Below, piece by piece: positions 56,343 to 64,000 of a stretch of 64,000 bases of DNA. The notes beneath the pieces were generated by a model, which did not search any database, was not told the DNA's origin, and saw only the letters and a program-made list of their open reading frames with translations. The stretch's first letter is position 1. Every line of letters starts with the position of its first letter. The stretch covers positions 114,910 through 178,909 of the forward strand of contig JAUILN010000010.1 of NCBI GenBank assembly GCA_030432695.1, in the 5' to 3' direction. The position numbers and the translations under genes are program-made. This DNA comes from a bacterium (GTDB taxonomy: Bacteria; Planctomycetota; UBA1135; UBA2386).

Positions 56343-56987
56343 CCCGCTCCGACGCCACCGCCACCCCGCCTCGCCTGGCTGCCGAACGCCATCTCGGTGC
56401 TGCGCCTCGTGCTGGTTCCGGTGTGGTTCCTCGCGGCGGAGCGCACGCTCGTGCCCTCGAGCGATCCCGAGGGGTCCCTCGCCGGCCGGGACCTGACTCC
56501 GCTGCTGATCTGGCTCGCCATTGGCATCAGCGACGTGCTGGACGGTCACCTCGCCCGCCGTTGGCACGTCGAGAGCCGGGCCGGCGCGACCATCGACGCG
56601 GTCGCCGACAAGGCCGCCCAGATCGTCGCCTTCACCTGGCTCGCGCTGCGCGCGCCGGGCCACGCGTGGATGACCGCCGTCCCGCTGTGGTTCCTGCTGC
56701 TCCTGATCGCCCGCGACGCCGTGCTGCTGACCGGCTCGCTGTACGTCCGCGCCCGCCGGGGCGGTGTCGCGGTGGTCCACCGGTGGCACGGCAAGCTCGC
56801 CAGCCTGTTGCTGTTCGCGGTCGTCCCGGTCGCCACCAGCCTCGATGTGCCGTCGGCCGAGCTGGCCCTGTTCGCGCCACTCGCCCTGCTGGTGACCCTG
56901 AGCACCGTCGACTACTTCCGCGACGGACTCCGGCAGCTCCCGCGCGGCAGGCACCCGCCCCAGGGCACCCCGGAGAGCCCGCGGTAA
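56343..56987 (+). CDS. CDP-alcohol phosphatidyltransferase (PgsA-like)
   Basis: LPNAISVLRLVLVP N-terminus. Motif ISDVLDGHLAR...GATIDAVADK (D-x2-DG-x2-AR...G-x3-D-x3-D). Start uncertain (ATG 56289, TTG 56331 or GTG 56343); 56289 would collide with the divergent gene's start. Confidence 0.7.
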   Translation, partial: PAPTPPPPRLAWLPNAISVLRLVLVPVWFLAAERTLVPSSDPEGSLAGRDLTPLLIWLAIGISDVLDGHLARRWHVESRAGATIDAVADKAAQIVAFTWLALRAPGHAWMTAVPLWFLLLLIARDAVLLTGSLYVRARRGGVAVVHRWHGKLASLLLFAVVPVATSLDVPSAELALFAPLALLVTLSTVDYFRDGLRQLPRGRHPPQGTPESPR

Positions 56988-57304
56988 CCGTGGGCACGCC
57001 GACGATCGACGCCCGCGGGGCAGTCGGTGGCCCTGCGCTGCCGGTGTTCACGCTGGACCATGTCGCCGGCTCCCGACCTGCGGTTGGTCCCCGCCGCCGA
57101 CGCGGCGTTGCCACTCGCGGCCGGCGGCGCACCGTGGCAGATCGACGCCACCGTGCTCACCGGCATGCCCAGCGGCCAGGACCTCTACGCGCAGGCGCTG
57201 TTCCTCGACCCGGCGGTGCCTGGAGGCTTGACGCCCTCCACACGCGGATGCCCTGAAGGCCCGGCAGTCCTGAACGACCGGATGCCCGCCCTCCGCGGCG
57301 CGAC

Positions 57305-59674
57305 TCACCCGTCCCCCGGCACGCGGACCACCACCGGCACCGCGTAGCCGGGATCGCCGCGCCGCAGCAGCTCGGCGCAGAGCAGCGCCGCCGACACGGA
57401 GATCGGCAGGGCCGACTCGCGGCCGTCCCGCACCACCTTCAGCTCGTGTGCACCGAGGTCGATCAGCCGCTCGTCGAGATGGAGGACGATCTCGCCCGCC
57501 CCGCCTTCGGTGTCGAGCGTCACCACGCCGTCCGCCACGCTGCCTGCGAGCCGTAGCCCGGCGCGCGGCTCCGCCAGACCGAGCCAGTAGCTGTCGGCCA
57601 GCCGGTCGTCGCTGGTCCACCACACGACCCGCGACGGCATCGGTTCGCGCACCGCATCCCGCAGGCTCGCCAACTTGTCGCGGTCGGGCAGGCCGCCGTG
57701 ACCCACGCCCTGCTGCTCTTCGAAGACCACCCGCCGGTAGCCCCCCGGGTCGCGGCTCGCGAGTTCCTCCATCCGCTTCGCGAACGCGACGCAGCGCGGA
57801 TGGCGGCCGTAGGCGGTGTCCTTGGTTCCGACCATGAACGAGAACGCCAGGTTGCGCAGGTTCTCGCCGATGGTCTCGCCGTCGGTCGGCGCGGCGGCCG
57901 AGGCGTGCACCGCGGCGAAGCGGTCGGCCATCTTCGGGCCGATCACGAACGCGCCGTAGCCGCCGTGCGAGTAGCCGAGCGCGTAGACGCGGTTCGCGTC
58001 GACCTCGGCGAAGCACACGAACTGCGCGACCAGCCGGGCGAGCAGCGGGCAGATGGCGTCGTCGTAGAAGCCGTTCCACTCGTCGTTCGGGGCCCGCAGC
58101 GCGACGTAGTGGTAGCCGACCCCCTCGGCGTCGTCGCGGTAGTAGCGCCGCATGACCCGCCACTGCGAGTCGTTGACATCTTTGGGGACGCCGCCCCCGC
58201 CGTGCATCGCGATCACCAGCCCGTAGCCATCCGGACCGGGCTCGCCGACGGTCTTGACGGTGTAGGCGCTCTCCCGGTCGGCCGTCCGGACCACGTTCGC
58301 CTCGAACTCGGCGCGGGCCGCCGCGTGCTCGGCCTTCCGCCAGGCGGCCAACGCGAGTTCGCGGGCCCGGGCCGGATGCGCGGCCACGAACGCGTCCGCC
58401 GCCGCGGGGAAGTCCGCCGCCGCTACGGGGGCCGCGTCGAGCAGCGGCCGGGTGGCGAACCACGCCTCGGCGGCGGCGACGAACCCGGCTTCGCCCGCCA
58501 CGCCCGCCGGGGTGTCGGCAGCCTGCGCCGGGGCCTCCTCGGGGCCATCCAGGTGGACCACGACCAGCTCCTGCGGCGCACCCGCCTCGGTGGTGTGCGC
58601 GACCCGCAGCGAACCCGCGTCGTGCCGCACGCGTAGCTGCCAGTCACTCCCTGCCGGCACCACGAACTCGAGATGGTCGTTGGTGTCCGCGGTCTCGCCG
58701 CGACTCAGCCCGGCGTGCCGCACCACCCCCTCGCGATCGAGCAGGGCCACGTCCGCCGCGACCCGCGGCCCGCCGTCCGCGGCACGCACGTCGACCCACA
58801 GCCGCATCATCCCCGCCGGCAGCGCGTGCTCGCCTTCGCCGACGTAGCGATGGGTGACGTTCTCACCGCGGACGTCCCAGCCCGGTGCGAACACCAGCGG
58901 AAAGCGCGCCGCGTCCGGCTGCCAGGTGACCGCCCAGACCGCATGCCGCGGCTCGTCGGCGCGGGCCAGCGCGGCATCGGCCTGGAACCAGGTGTGGTCG
59001 AGGCCACGCGGATCGGGCTCGGCGGCGCCGAGGAAGTGCCAGCCGTCGAAGTCCCAGACCTCGACCCAGGTGTGATTGCCCGGCTTGTTGGGCCACTCGG
59101 CGATGCCGGCCAGACGCGCCGGCACGCCGACCGAACGGCAGGCGGAGGCGAGCAGGATCGACAGGCCGGTGCACGAGGCCAGGCCCTGCTCGATCGACTC
59201 GCTGGGACTCTGGTCGGCGCGCCGCCGCCCGGTCGAGTACTTCACCCCGACCGCTCCGAACAGCTTCGCGTTGATCGCCAACGCCGCCTCGCCGGGCGTG
59301 GTGCACTCGGCGATCCAGGGCAGGCAGCGCTCCCGGAGCGCGTCGTGCCAGCGTTCGCGGGTCTCCGAGACGTGGGCGTAGGGCAGCACCGCGTCGCGGA
59401 AGATCGACTCCGGGATCCGCGCGCCCCACGGTGCCGCAGCCCGCGCCGCGCGGGCCTCGCGCACCCGACCGACCAGGAACTCCGCGTCGAGCCGCTCGCG
59501 GTCGCGCGCCGGCATCCCCGCGAGCAGGAACTCGAGGGCCGGCAGTTCGTCCGCCGCGGCCTGGGCCCGCGCGCTTTCGGCGAGGCCGGAGTCCTGCGCG
59601 GCGAGATCGGGCGCCGCGCCCACGAGCGCGAGCAGCGAGAGGGCGGCGACGGCCGAAGCGGTGGTCCACTGCAT
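57305..59674 (-). CDS. Secreted two-domain protein: N-terminal transglutaminase-like cysteine protease domain fused to C-terminal alpha/beta-hydrolase (paralog of 10240-11535)
   Basis: Signal peptide. TGase-like core LASCTGLSILLASACRSVGVPARL...GNHTWVEVW. C-terminal IAMHGGGGV...GYSHGGYGAF...REPMPSRVVWW aligns with the 10240-11535 protein. Confidence 0.8.
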   Translation of the reverse strand: MQWTTASAVAALSLLALVGAAPDLAAQDSGLAESARAQAAADELPALEFLLAGMPARDRERLDAEFLVGRVREARAARAAAPWGARIPESIFRDAVLPYAHVSETRERWHDALRERCLPWIAECTTPGEAALAINAKLFGAVGVKYSTGRRRADQSPSESIEQGLASCTGLSILLASACRSVGVPARLAGIAEWPNKPGNHTWVEVWDFDGWHFLGAAEPDPRGLDHTWFQADAALARADEPRHAVWAVTWQPDAARFPLVFAPGWDVRGENVTHRYVGEGEHALPAGMMRLWVDVRAADGGPRVAADVALLDREGVVRHAGLSRGETADTNDHLEFVVPAGSDWQLRVRHDAGSLRVAHTTEAGAPQELVVVHLDGPEEAPAQAADTPAGVAGEAGFVAAAEAWFATRPLLDAAPVAAADFPAAADAFVAAHPARARELALAAWRKAEHAAARAEFEANVVRTADRESAYTVKTVGEPGPDGYGLVIAMHGGGGVPKDVNDSQWRVMRRYYRDDAEGVGYHYVALRAPNDEWNGFYDDAICPLLARLVAQFVCFAEVDANRVYALGYSHGGYGAFVIGPKMADRFAAVHASAAAPTDGETIGENLRNLAFSFMVGTKDTAYGRHPRCVAFAKRMEELASRDPGGYRRVVFEEQQGVGHGGLPDRDKLASLRDAVREPMPSRVVWWTSDDRLADSYWLGLAEPRAGLRLAGSVADGVVTLDTEGGAGEIVLHLDERLIDLGAHELKVVRDGRESALPISVSAALLCAELLRRGDPGYAVPVVVRVPGDG

Positions 59675-60110
59675 GCCGCGGATTGTGCGGCCGCGCCCCG
59701 CCATCGGTAGGGAAACCGTACAAGAAGAGACCCGCGGTCCGGTCTCCCGGGCCGCGGGCCTCGCTCCCTCTCGTCTCTCTAGTCTCTGGAGCCCGCCGGG
59801 CTTGGTTCCGGCCCTCCCCTCTCGAGTGCCGGGCCTGACGGGTTCCTTCCCTCACTTCCTTGATCGGACCGAGGGGAGGGCGACTGGAGGCCGCAGGGCA
59901 GAAAAACTGCGACAGCGGGCGGCGGGCAGGAGATGCCGCCCAGACGACGGCGCCCTCAGCGTGGCCGGCGTGCGCGATGCCGCTGACGGCCGCCGCCGAC
60001 CGGCCGGCGGTCGCCACCGCTCGTCCTGGATCGAGGCTTCCCCGCCGGCATGATGGGAGCCCCGGCGCCCACCCCACGGCGCCCGCCCCCCTCTCCCGAG
60101 ACCCGAACCG

Positions 60111-61244
60111 ATGCGCACAGAGACGCTCGTCCTCGCCGCCGCCGCACTCGCGCTCGCCGGCTGCCAGTCCACCGACACCTCCCTTCCCCAGGTCCGCACG
60201 ATGTCCTTCGGCAAGACCGCGGCGGGCGAGCCCGCCACCCTGTTCGAACTCCGGAGCCCGAGCGGTGCGATCGCGCGGCTGACCGACTACGGCGCCACGC
60301 TGGTCGAGATGTGGGCGCCCGACCGCGACGGCAAGCTCGCCGACGTGATCCTCGGCTTCGACGACGTCTCGGGCTACCAATCGGACCGCAACCAGTACTT
60401 CGGCTGCACCACCGGCCGGGTCGCCAACCGCATCGACGGGGCGATGTTCGAGCTCGACGGCGAGATCTACCGGCTCGAGGCCAACGACAACGGCAAGAAC
60501 ACCCTGCACGGCGGCGGGGACCGAGCACTGAGCCGGGTGATGTGGCAGGCCGAGCCGTTCGAGGAGACCGACCGGATGGGTGTTCGCTTCCGCTACACCA
60601 GTCCGGACGGCGAGGAGGGCTTCCCGGGCAATCTGCAGATGGAGGTCGTCTACACGCTCGACCTGCGCGGCGACCTCACGGTCGACTACACGGCGACCAC
60701 CGACCAGGACACGCCGGTCAACCTGACCAACCACGCGTACTGGAACCTGTCGGGCCACGGCTCCCCGACCGTGCTCGACCATGTGCTGACCCTCGAGGCC
60801 TCGCACTACACGCCGACCAACGACGATCTGATCCCGATCGGGTCGGTCGCACCCGTGGCGGGGACGGCACTGGACTTCCGGACCCCGCACGTGATCGGCG
60901 AGCGCATCGCACCCCTGATCGAGAGCCCGGCGCTGGGCTACGACCACAACTTCGTGCTCGACAGCCCCGGCGGCTCGATGGCCAAGGCCGCCGAGCTGTA
61001 CGACCCCGCCTCGGGCCGGGTCCTCGGGGTCTGGACGACCGAGCCCGGTATCCAGTTCTACAGCGGCAACTTCCTGTTCGGGCAGATCGGCAAGGGTGGC
61101 CGCGAATACGCCAACCGCAGCGCCTGCTGCCTGGAGACCCAGCACTTCCCGGACTCGGTCAACCAGCCGGCGTTCCCGGACACCGTGCTGCGGCCGGGCA
61201 AGACCTACCGGCACACCACGGTGCACCGGTTCGGGGTCCGCTGA
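60111..61244 (+). CDS. galM: Aldose 1-epimerase (galactose mutarotase), lipoprotein
   Basis: Lipobox LALAGC. Mutarotase motifs TNHAYWNL and HGG. Full-length family match. Confidence 0.9.
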   Translation: MRTETLVLAAAALALAGCQSTDTSLPQVRTMSFGKTAAGEPATLFELRSPSGAIARLTDYGATLVEMWAPDRDGKLADVILGFDDVSGYQSDRNQYFGCTTGRVANRIDGAMFELDGEIYRLEANDNGKNTLHGGGDRALSRVMWQAEPFEETDRMGVRFRYTSPDGEEGFPGNLQMEVVYTLDLRGDLTVDYTATTDQDTPVNLTNHAYWNLSGHGSPTVLDHVLTLEASHYTPTNDDLIPIGSVAPVAGTALDFRTPHVIGERIAPLIESPALGYDHNFVLDSPGGSMAKAAELYDPASGRVLGVWTTEPGIQFYSGNFLFGQIGKGGREYANRSACCLETQHFPDSVNQPAFPDTVLRPGKTYRHTTVHRFGVR

Positions 61245-61289
61245 GGCCCGTCGCGGCAGCGCGTAGCCGCCCACCGCGAAGCACGGGCT

Positions 61290-62750
61290 TCACGGCTGGA
61301 AGATCGTGAACTCGCGACCAGCCGACGCGGCGAGACCCAGCGGGCCACCGGCATCGAGGCACAGGCCCTGCACGTCGATCGTCGCGCCGACGAGCGCCAT
61401 GTCGTTCGGCATCGCGAACGGGAAGCGGCCCTGACCGTTCGTGTCGGTCGCGGCTCCGACCACGCTGCTCAGGGTCAGGTCGACCAGGATCTCGAGACCC
61501 TGGACGTTGGTGCTCGTGCGCCCCGCGCCGACGATCAGCCACGCCGACGAGGACGGCGTCGCGTCGTCGATCTCGAACGCGAAGTTCGCGTTGCCGATCC
61601 AAGGCGCGCCGAACAGGTGGATCTCCGGCGTGGTGTTGCCCGCGGTCGGCTGCCCGTAGTTGGCGCTGCTCGCCGCCGGCTTGAACACGAACAGGCCGTA
61701 GTCCATGTCGGTGATCAGCACGTTGCCCGACGGCAGGAACGGATAGCAGCCCCAATTGCCCTCGTAGCCCGAGGTATGGGTCGGGGCGGTGTCGTACCAG
61801 CCGACCCGCACCGGGTTGGCCGGGTCGGAAGCGTCGAGCACCTGATAGCCCTCCGAGTAGTAGGAGGCGTGGACCACGCGGTCGAGGAAGAACGCGTTGT
61901 GCACGATCGCCTGCGTGCTCCCGGTCTTCCAGGTGCCGAGACTGATCGGGTTCAGCTTGTTGCGGACGTCGACGAAGGTCATGCCGACATTGGTCGTCTC
62001 CGAGGTCGCGACCGCATACTGGTTGTCGCGGGACGGGAACGACGTGTGGCAGACGGCGACCGGAATCGACGCGCCGCTGCTCGGAATCGTCGGCAGGTTC
62101 GAGACGTCGAGGACGCGCATGGTCCCGCGGTTGATCTCCGCCAGGTACGCCCAGCCGTCCTGGGCCTGCATGTCGTGCACGTACTCCGCGGTGTAGCTGC
62201 CGATGAGCGGCGGGTCGGTCGGGTTGGCGTTCAGATCGAACAGGTGCATGCCGCCGCGGGTGCCGACCACGTAGCAGACCCCGGTGTCGGTATCGATCGA
62301 GATGTTGTGGGTGTTCCGCCACGTGACGCTCGCAGTGTCGGTGCGCACGAACTGCGGATTGTCCGGGTCAGCCAGATCGATGACCTGCATGCCGCTACCG
62401 CCCTCGGTGACGACGTAGGCGTAGTGGCCGTAGGTCCGCGCGTCGCGCCACAGCGAGCTGCGCCAACCCGACAGGCTGGCGCTGAACTGGCCGCGGACGG
62501 CGGGCGCCCCGGGGTTCGTCACGTCGACGACGATGGTCCGCGACTGGGTCAGGACGAGGGCGTACTCCTTGCCGTTCGCAGGGTTGGTGTAGCCCCAGAC
62601 ATCGTTGGTGAACTCGGAGGGGTTGTAGGTGCCTAGAAGGGTGACGTTGCGGCTCTGGGCACCGAGCGCACCCGCGAGAGCGAGGCTGCCGGCGGTCCAG
62701 AGGAGGGTTCGCCAAGCAGGGGATCGACTGAGAAGCATGGAAAGGTCCAT
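61290..62750 (-). CDS. Secreted LVIVD-repeat beta-propeller (choice-of-anchor B-like) protein with the shared C-terminal domain
   Basis: Signal peptide. LVIVD-like blades (YAYVVTEGGSGMQVIDLADP, CYVVGTRGGMHLFDLNANP, AYLAEINRGTMRVLDVSNLP, ASYYSEGYQVLDASDP). C-terminus ...GLEILVDLTL...FAMPNDMALVGATIDVQGLCLD...TIFQP. Confidence 0.8.
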   Translation of the reverse strand: MDLSMLLSRSPAWRTLLWTAGSLALAGALGAQSRNVTLLGTYNPSEFTNDVWGYTNPANGKEYALVLTQSRTIVVDVTNPGAPAVRGQFSASLSGWRSSLWRDARTYGHYAYVVTEGGSGMQVIDLADPDNPQFVRTDTASVTWRNTHNISIDTDTGVCYVVGTRGGMHLFDLNANPTDPPLIGSYTAEYVHDMQAQDGWAYLAEINRGTMRVLDVSNLPTIPSSGASIPVAVCHTSFPSRDNQYAVATSETTNVGMTFVDVRNKLNPISLGTWKTGSTQAIVHNAFFLDRVVHASYYSEGYQVLDASDPANPVRVGWYDTAPTHTSGYEGNWGCYPFLPSGNVLITDMDYGLFVFKPAASSANYGQPTAGNTTPEIHLFGAPWIGNANFAFEIDDATPSSSAWLIVGAGRTSTNVQGLEILVDLTLSSVVGAATDTNGQGRFPFAMPNDMALVGATIDVQGLCLDAGGPLGLAASAGREFTIFQP

Positions 62751-62948
62751 TGAGCAGGGCGTGCGGACCGGGGCTGCGGACGCACGAGGAACGAGCAGGC
62801 GCAGGGTAGGCCCGGGCAGAATAGGGCACGCGTCCGGAACATGGAACGCCCCGATCACTGAGGCTCCCAGGGCTGACCGAGGATGCGATCCGCGCCGGGG
62901 GCACACCCCCGCCCCATCACACCTCCGACCCGCCGAACTCCCGACCGG

Positions 62949-63449
62949 TCACGCCTCCGGCACGACCCGCACCACGCCCCGCTGCCCCGGAGTCTCCTCC
63001 ACCCCGACCTGCACCGCAGCCGGCCGGACAGTCGGCAACCGCTCCCGCAGGCGCTCCAATAGCTGCTGCGCGACGTAGCCCGCGAGGTTCTCGGCGCTCG
63101 AGTTCGAGATCGGAAGCACCCTGATCTCGTTGCTGGGGACCAGATAGCGCCGCTCGCGGTAGCGGATCTCGGACAGCCCGTCGCCACGCGCCTCGCAGGT
63201 CAACACGGGATGGAGGCCGGGGATCAGCAGGTACTCGTCCAACTCATCACAGATCGAGCGGACGATCGGCTTGATCTCCTTGAAGTTGATCACCAGCCCG
63301 TGCTCGTCGAGCGGCGTCTCCACCTCGACGAAGACCTTGTAGTTGTGTCCGTGCAGCCGCTCCGCCTCCCCGTCGGGGAAGATCAGGAAGTGCGCGGCGG
63401 AGAACTTCAGGTAGTCCTTGTGGATCTGGATCGACCAGGTCTTCGTCAC
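62949..63449 (-). CDS. queD: 6-carboxy-5,6,7,8-tetrahydropterin synthase (QueD / PTPS family)
   Basis: FSAAHFL and HGHNYKVFVEV are PTPS signatures. The track start at 63506 is not ATG; a GTG near 63449 gives the canonical N-terminus. Confidence 0.8.
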   Translation of the reverse strand: MTKTWSIQIHKDYLKFSAAHFLIFPDGEAERLHGHNYKVFVEVETPLDEHGLVINFKEIKPIVRSICDELDEYLLIPGLHPVLTCEARGDGLSEIRYRERRYLVPSNEIRVLPISNSSAENLAGYVAQQLLERLRERLPTVRPAAVQVGVEETPGQRGVVRVVPEA

Positions 63450-63511
63450 GTGTGCCGTCTCCTCGCTGTGGTGTGAGCCACGTCGCAACAAGCGTCCTCG
63501 GAACAAGCGTC

Positions 63512-63880
63512 TTGATCGACCTCGATGCCGTCCCGTTCAAGTCGACCCGCTACCGGGGCGTCTCGATCCACTTCTACCGGACCGACCGGGAAACCGGCCG
63601 CGCCGCGGTGCTGATCCGGATGGAGCCGGGCTGCAGCTATCCGCGCCACCGACACACCGGACCGGAGGAACTGCTGGTCTTGCAGGGCGGCTTCCGCGAC
63701 GAACGCGGCAGCTGGCGAGCCGGCGAATACGCCTGGTTCCCCGCCGGCTCACAGCATCACCCCGTCGCGCTGGAGGGCGACGAGGCCTGCGTGTTCTTCG
63801 CCGTCGCGCACGAAGGCATCGAGCTGTTCCAGGACGCCCACGATGGCGCACCCGGCGTCGATCCCTCCGGCGACGACTGA
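63512..63880 (+). CDS. Cupin-domain protein (ChrR-like cupin)
   Basis: LIDLDAVPF...YPRHRHTGPEELLVLQGGFRDERGSWRAGEYAWFPAGSQHHPV is the ChrR-cupin pattern. Start uncertain (63452-63512); I chose a downstream start to avoid a head-to-head overlap with queD. Confidence 0.55.
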   Translation: MIDLDAVPFKSTRYRGVSIHFYRTDRETGRAAVLIRMEPGCSYPRHRHTGPEELLVLQGGFRDERGSWRAGEYAWFPAGSQHHPVALEGDEACVFFAVAHEGIELFQDAHDGAPGVDPSGDD

Positions 63881-63926
63881 ATCAGCGACCCACGGATCAG
63901 CGCCCGACGGATCACCGAGCCTCGGA

Positions 63927-64000
63927 TCACTGACCTTCCTTGATCACCTTCTCGGCGACGTTCGGCGGCACGGCCTCGTAGCTGTGCGGCTCCATCGAGT
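63927..64000 (-). CDS. 3' end of an unidentified minus-strand gene continuing beyond the window
   Basis: Minus-strand frame reads ...SMEPHSYEAVPPNVAEKVIKEGQ* with GC-rich third positions. Too short to classify. Confidence 0.3.
   Translation of the reverse strand, partial: SMEPHSYEAVPPNVAEKVIKEGQ

Noticed and set aside
58863-61274. 803-aa minus-strand ORF
   Set aside because: Antisense to galM, whose homology is unambiguous, and to an intergenic region.
1-64000. Scan for tRNA, rRNA, toxin-antitoxin and restriction-modification genes
   Set aside because: No T-loop/acceptor-stem-like sequence and no rRNA-like segments were seen. Nothing resembled cas, restriction enzymes, abortive-infection or toxin-antitoxin modules. 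Both methyltransferases look like small-molecule or protein class I enzymes, not DNA methyltransferases.

Overview
Very GC-rich (~70%) bacterial chromosomal segment with dense coding on both strands. Several markers point to Planctomycetota-like ancestry: a DUF1501 plus PSCyt/DUF1549/DUF1553 gene pair, and a Pirellula/Verrucomicrobium-type giant 'membrane-bound dehydrogenase' with a C-terminal CxxCH heme domain. About 45 genes are supportable. Housekeeping genes include the futalosine-pathway radical SAM enzyme (3' end), kefG-kefB, ychF, galM, queD and a pgsA-like gene. There is a large complement of secreted or lipoprotein genes: subtilase, GH29 fucosidase, GH140-like hydrolase, ThuA-like, DUF1080 proteins, and FG-GAP, Kelch, ELWxxDG and LVIVD beta-propellers. 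No rRNA, tRNA or CRISPR was seen. Five things stand out. (1) At least nine secreted proteins with unrelated N-terminal passenger domains share a conserved ~110-aa C-terminal domain that ends in a short hydrophobic beta-strand. One gene encodes only a signal peptide plus this domain. This looks like a lineage-specific C-terminal sorting or anchoring domain and is the best candidate for an undescribed system. (2) A REP-associated tyrosine transposase (RayT-like HUH Y1) lies between two inverted palindromic REP-like hairpins (a REPtron) and carries an unusual C-terminal extension. (3) A 1082-aa ECF sigma factor is covalently fused to a transmembrane segment and an ~850-aa extracytoplasmic domain, and sits next to an NfeD-flotillin operon. 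(4) An operon encodes an FHA-domain trypsin-like protease, a histidine kinase and a sigma54-dependent response regulator. (5) Two intergenic tandem-repeat arrays: 111 bp x ~2.9 with nested palindromes, and 23 bp x 5. Many long antisense ORFs in the six-frame track are GC-content artefacts and are rejected.
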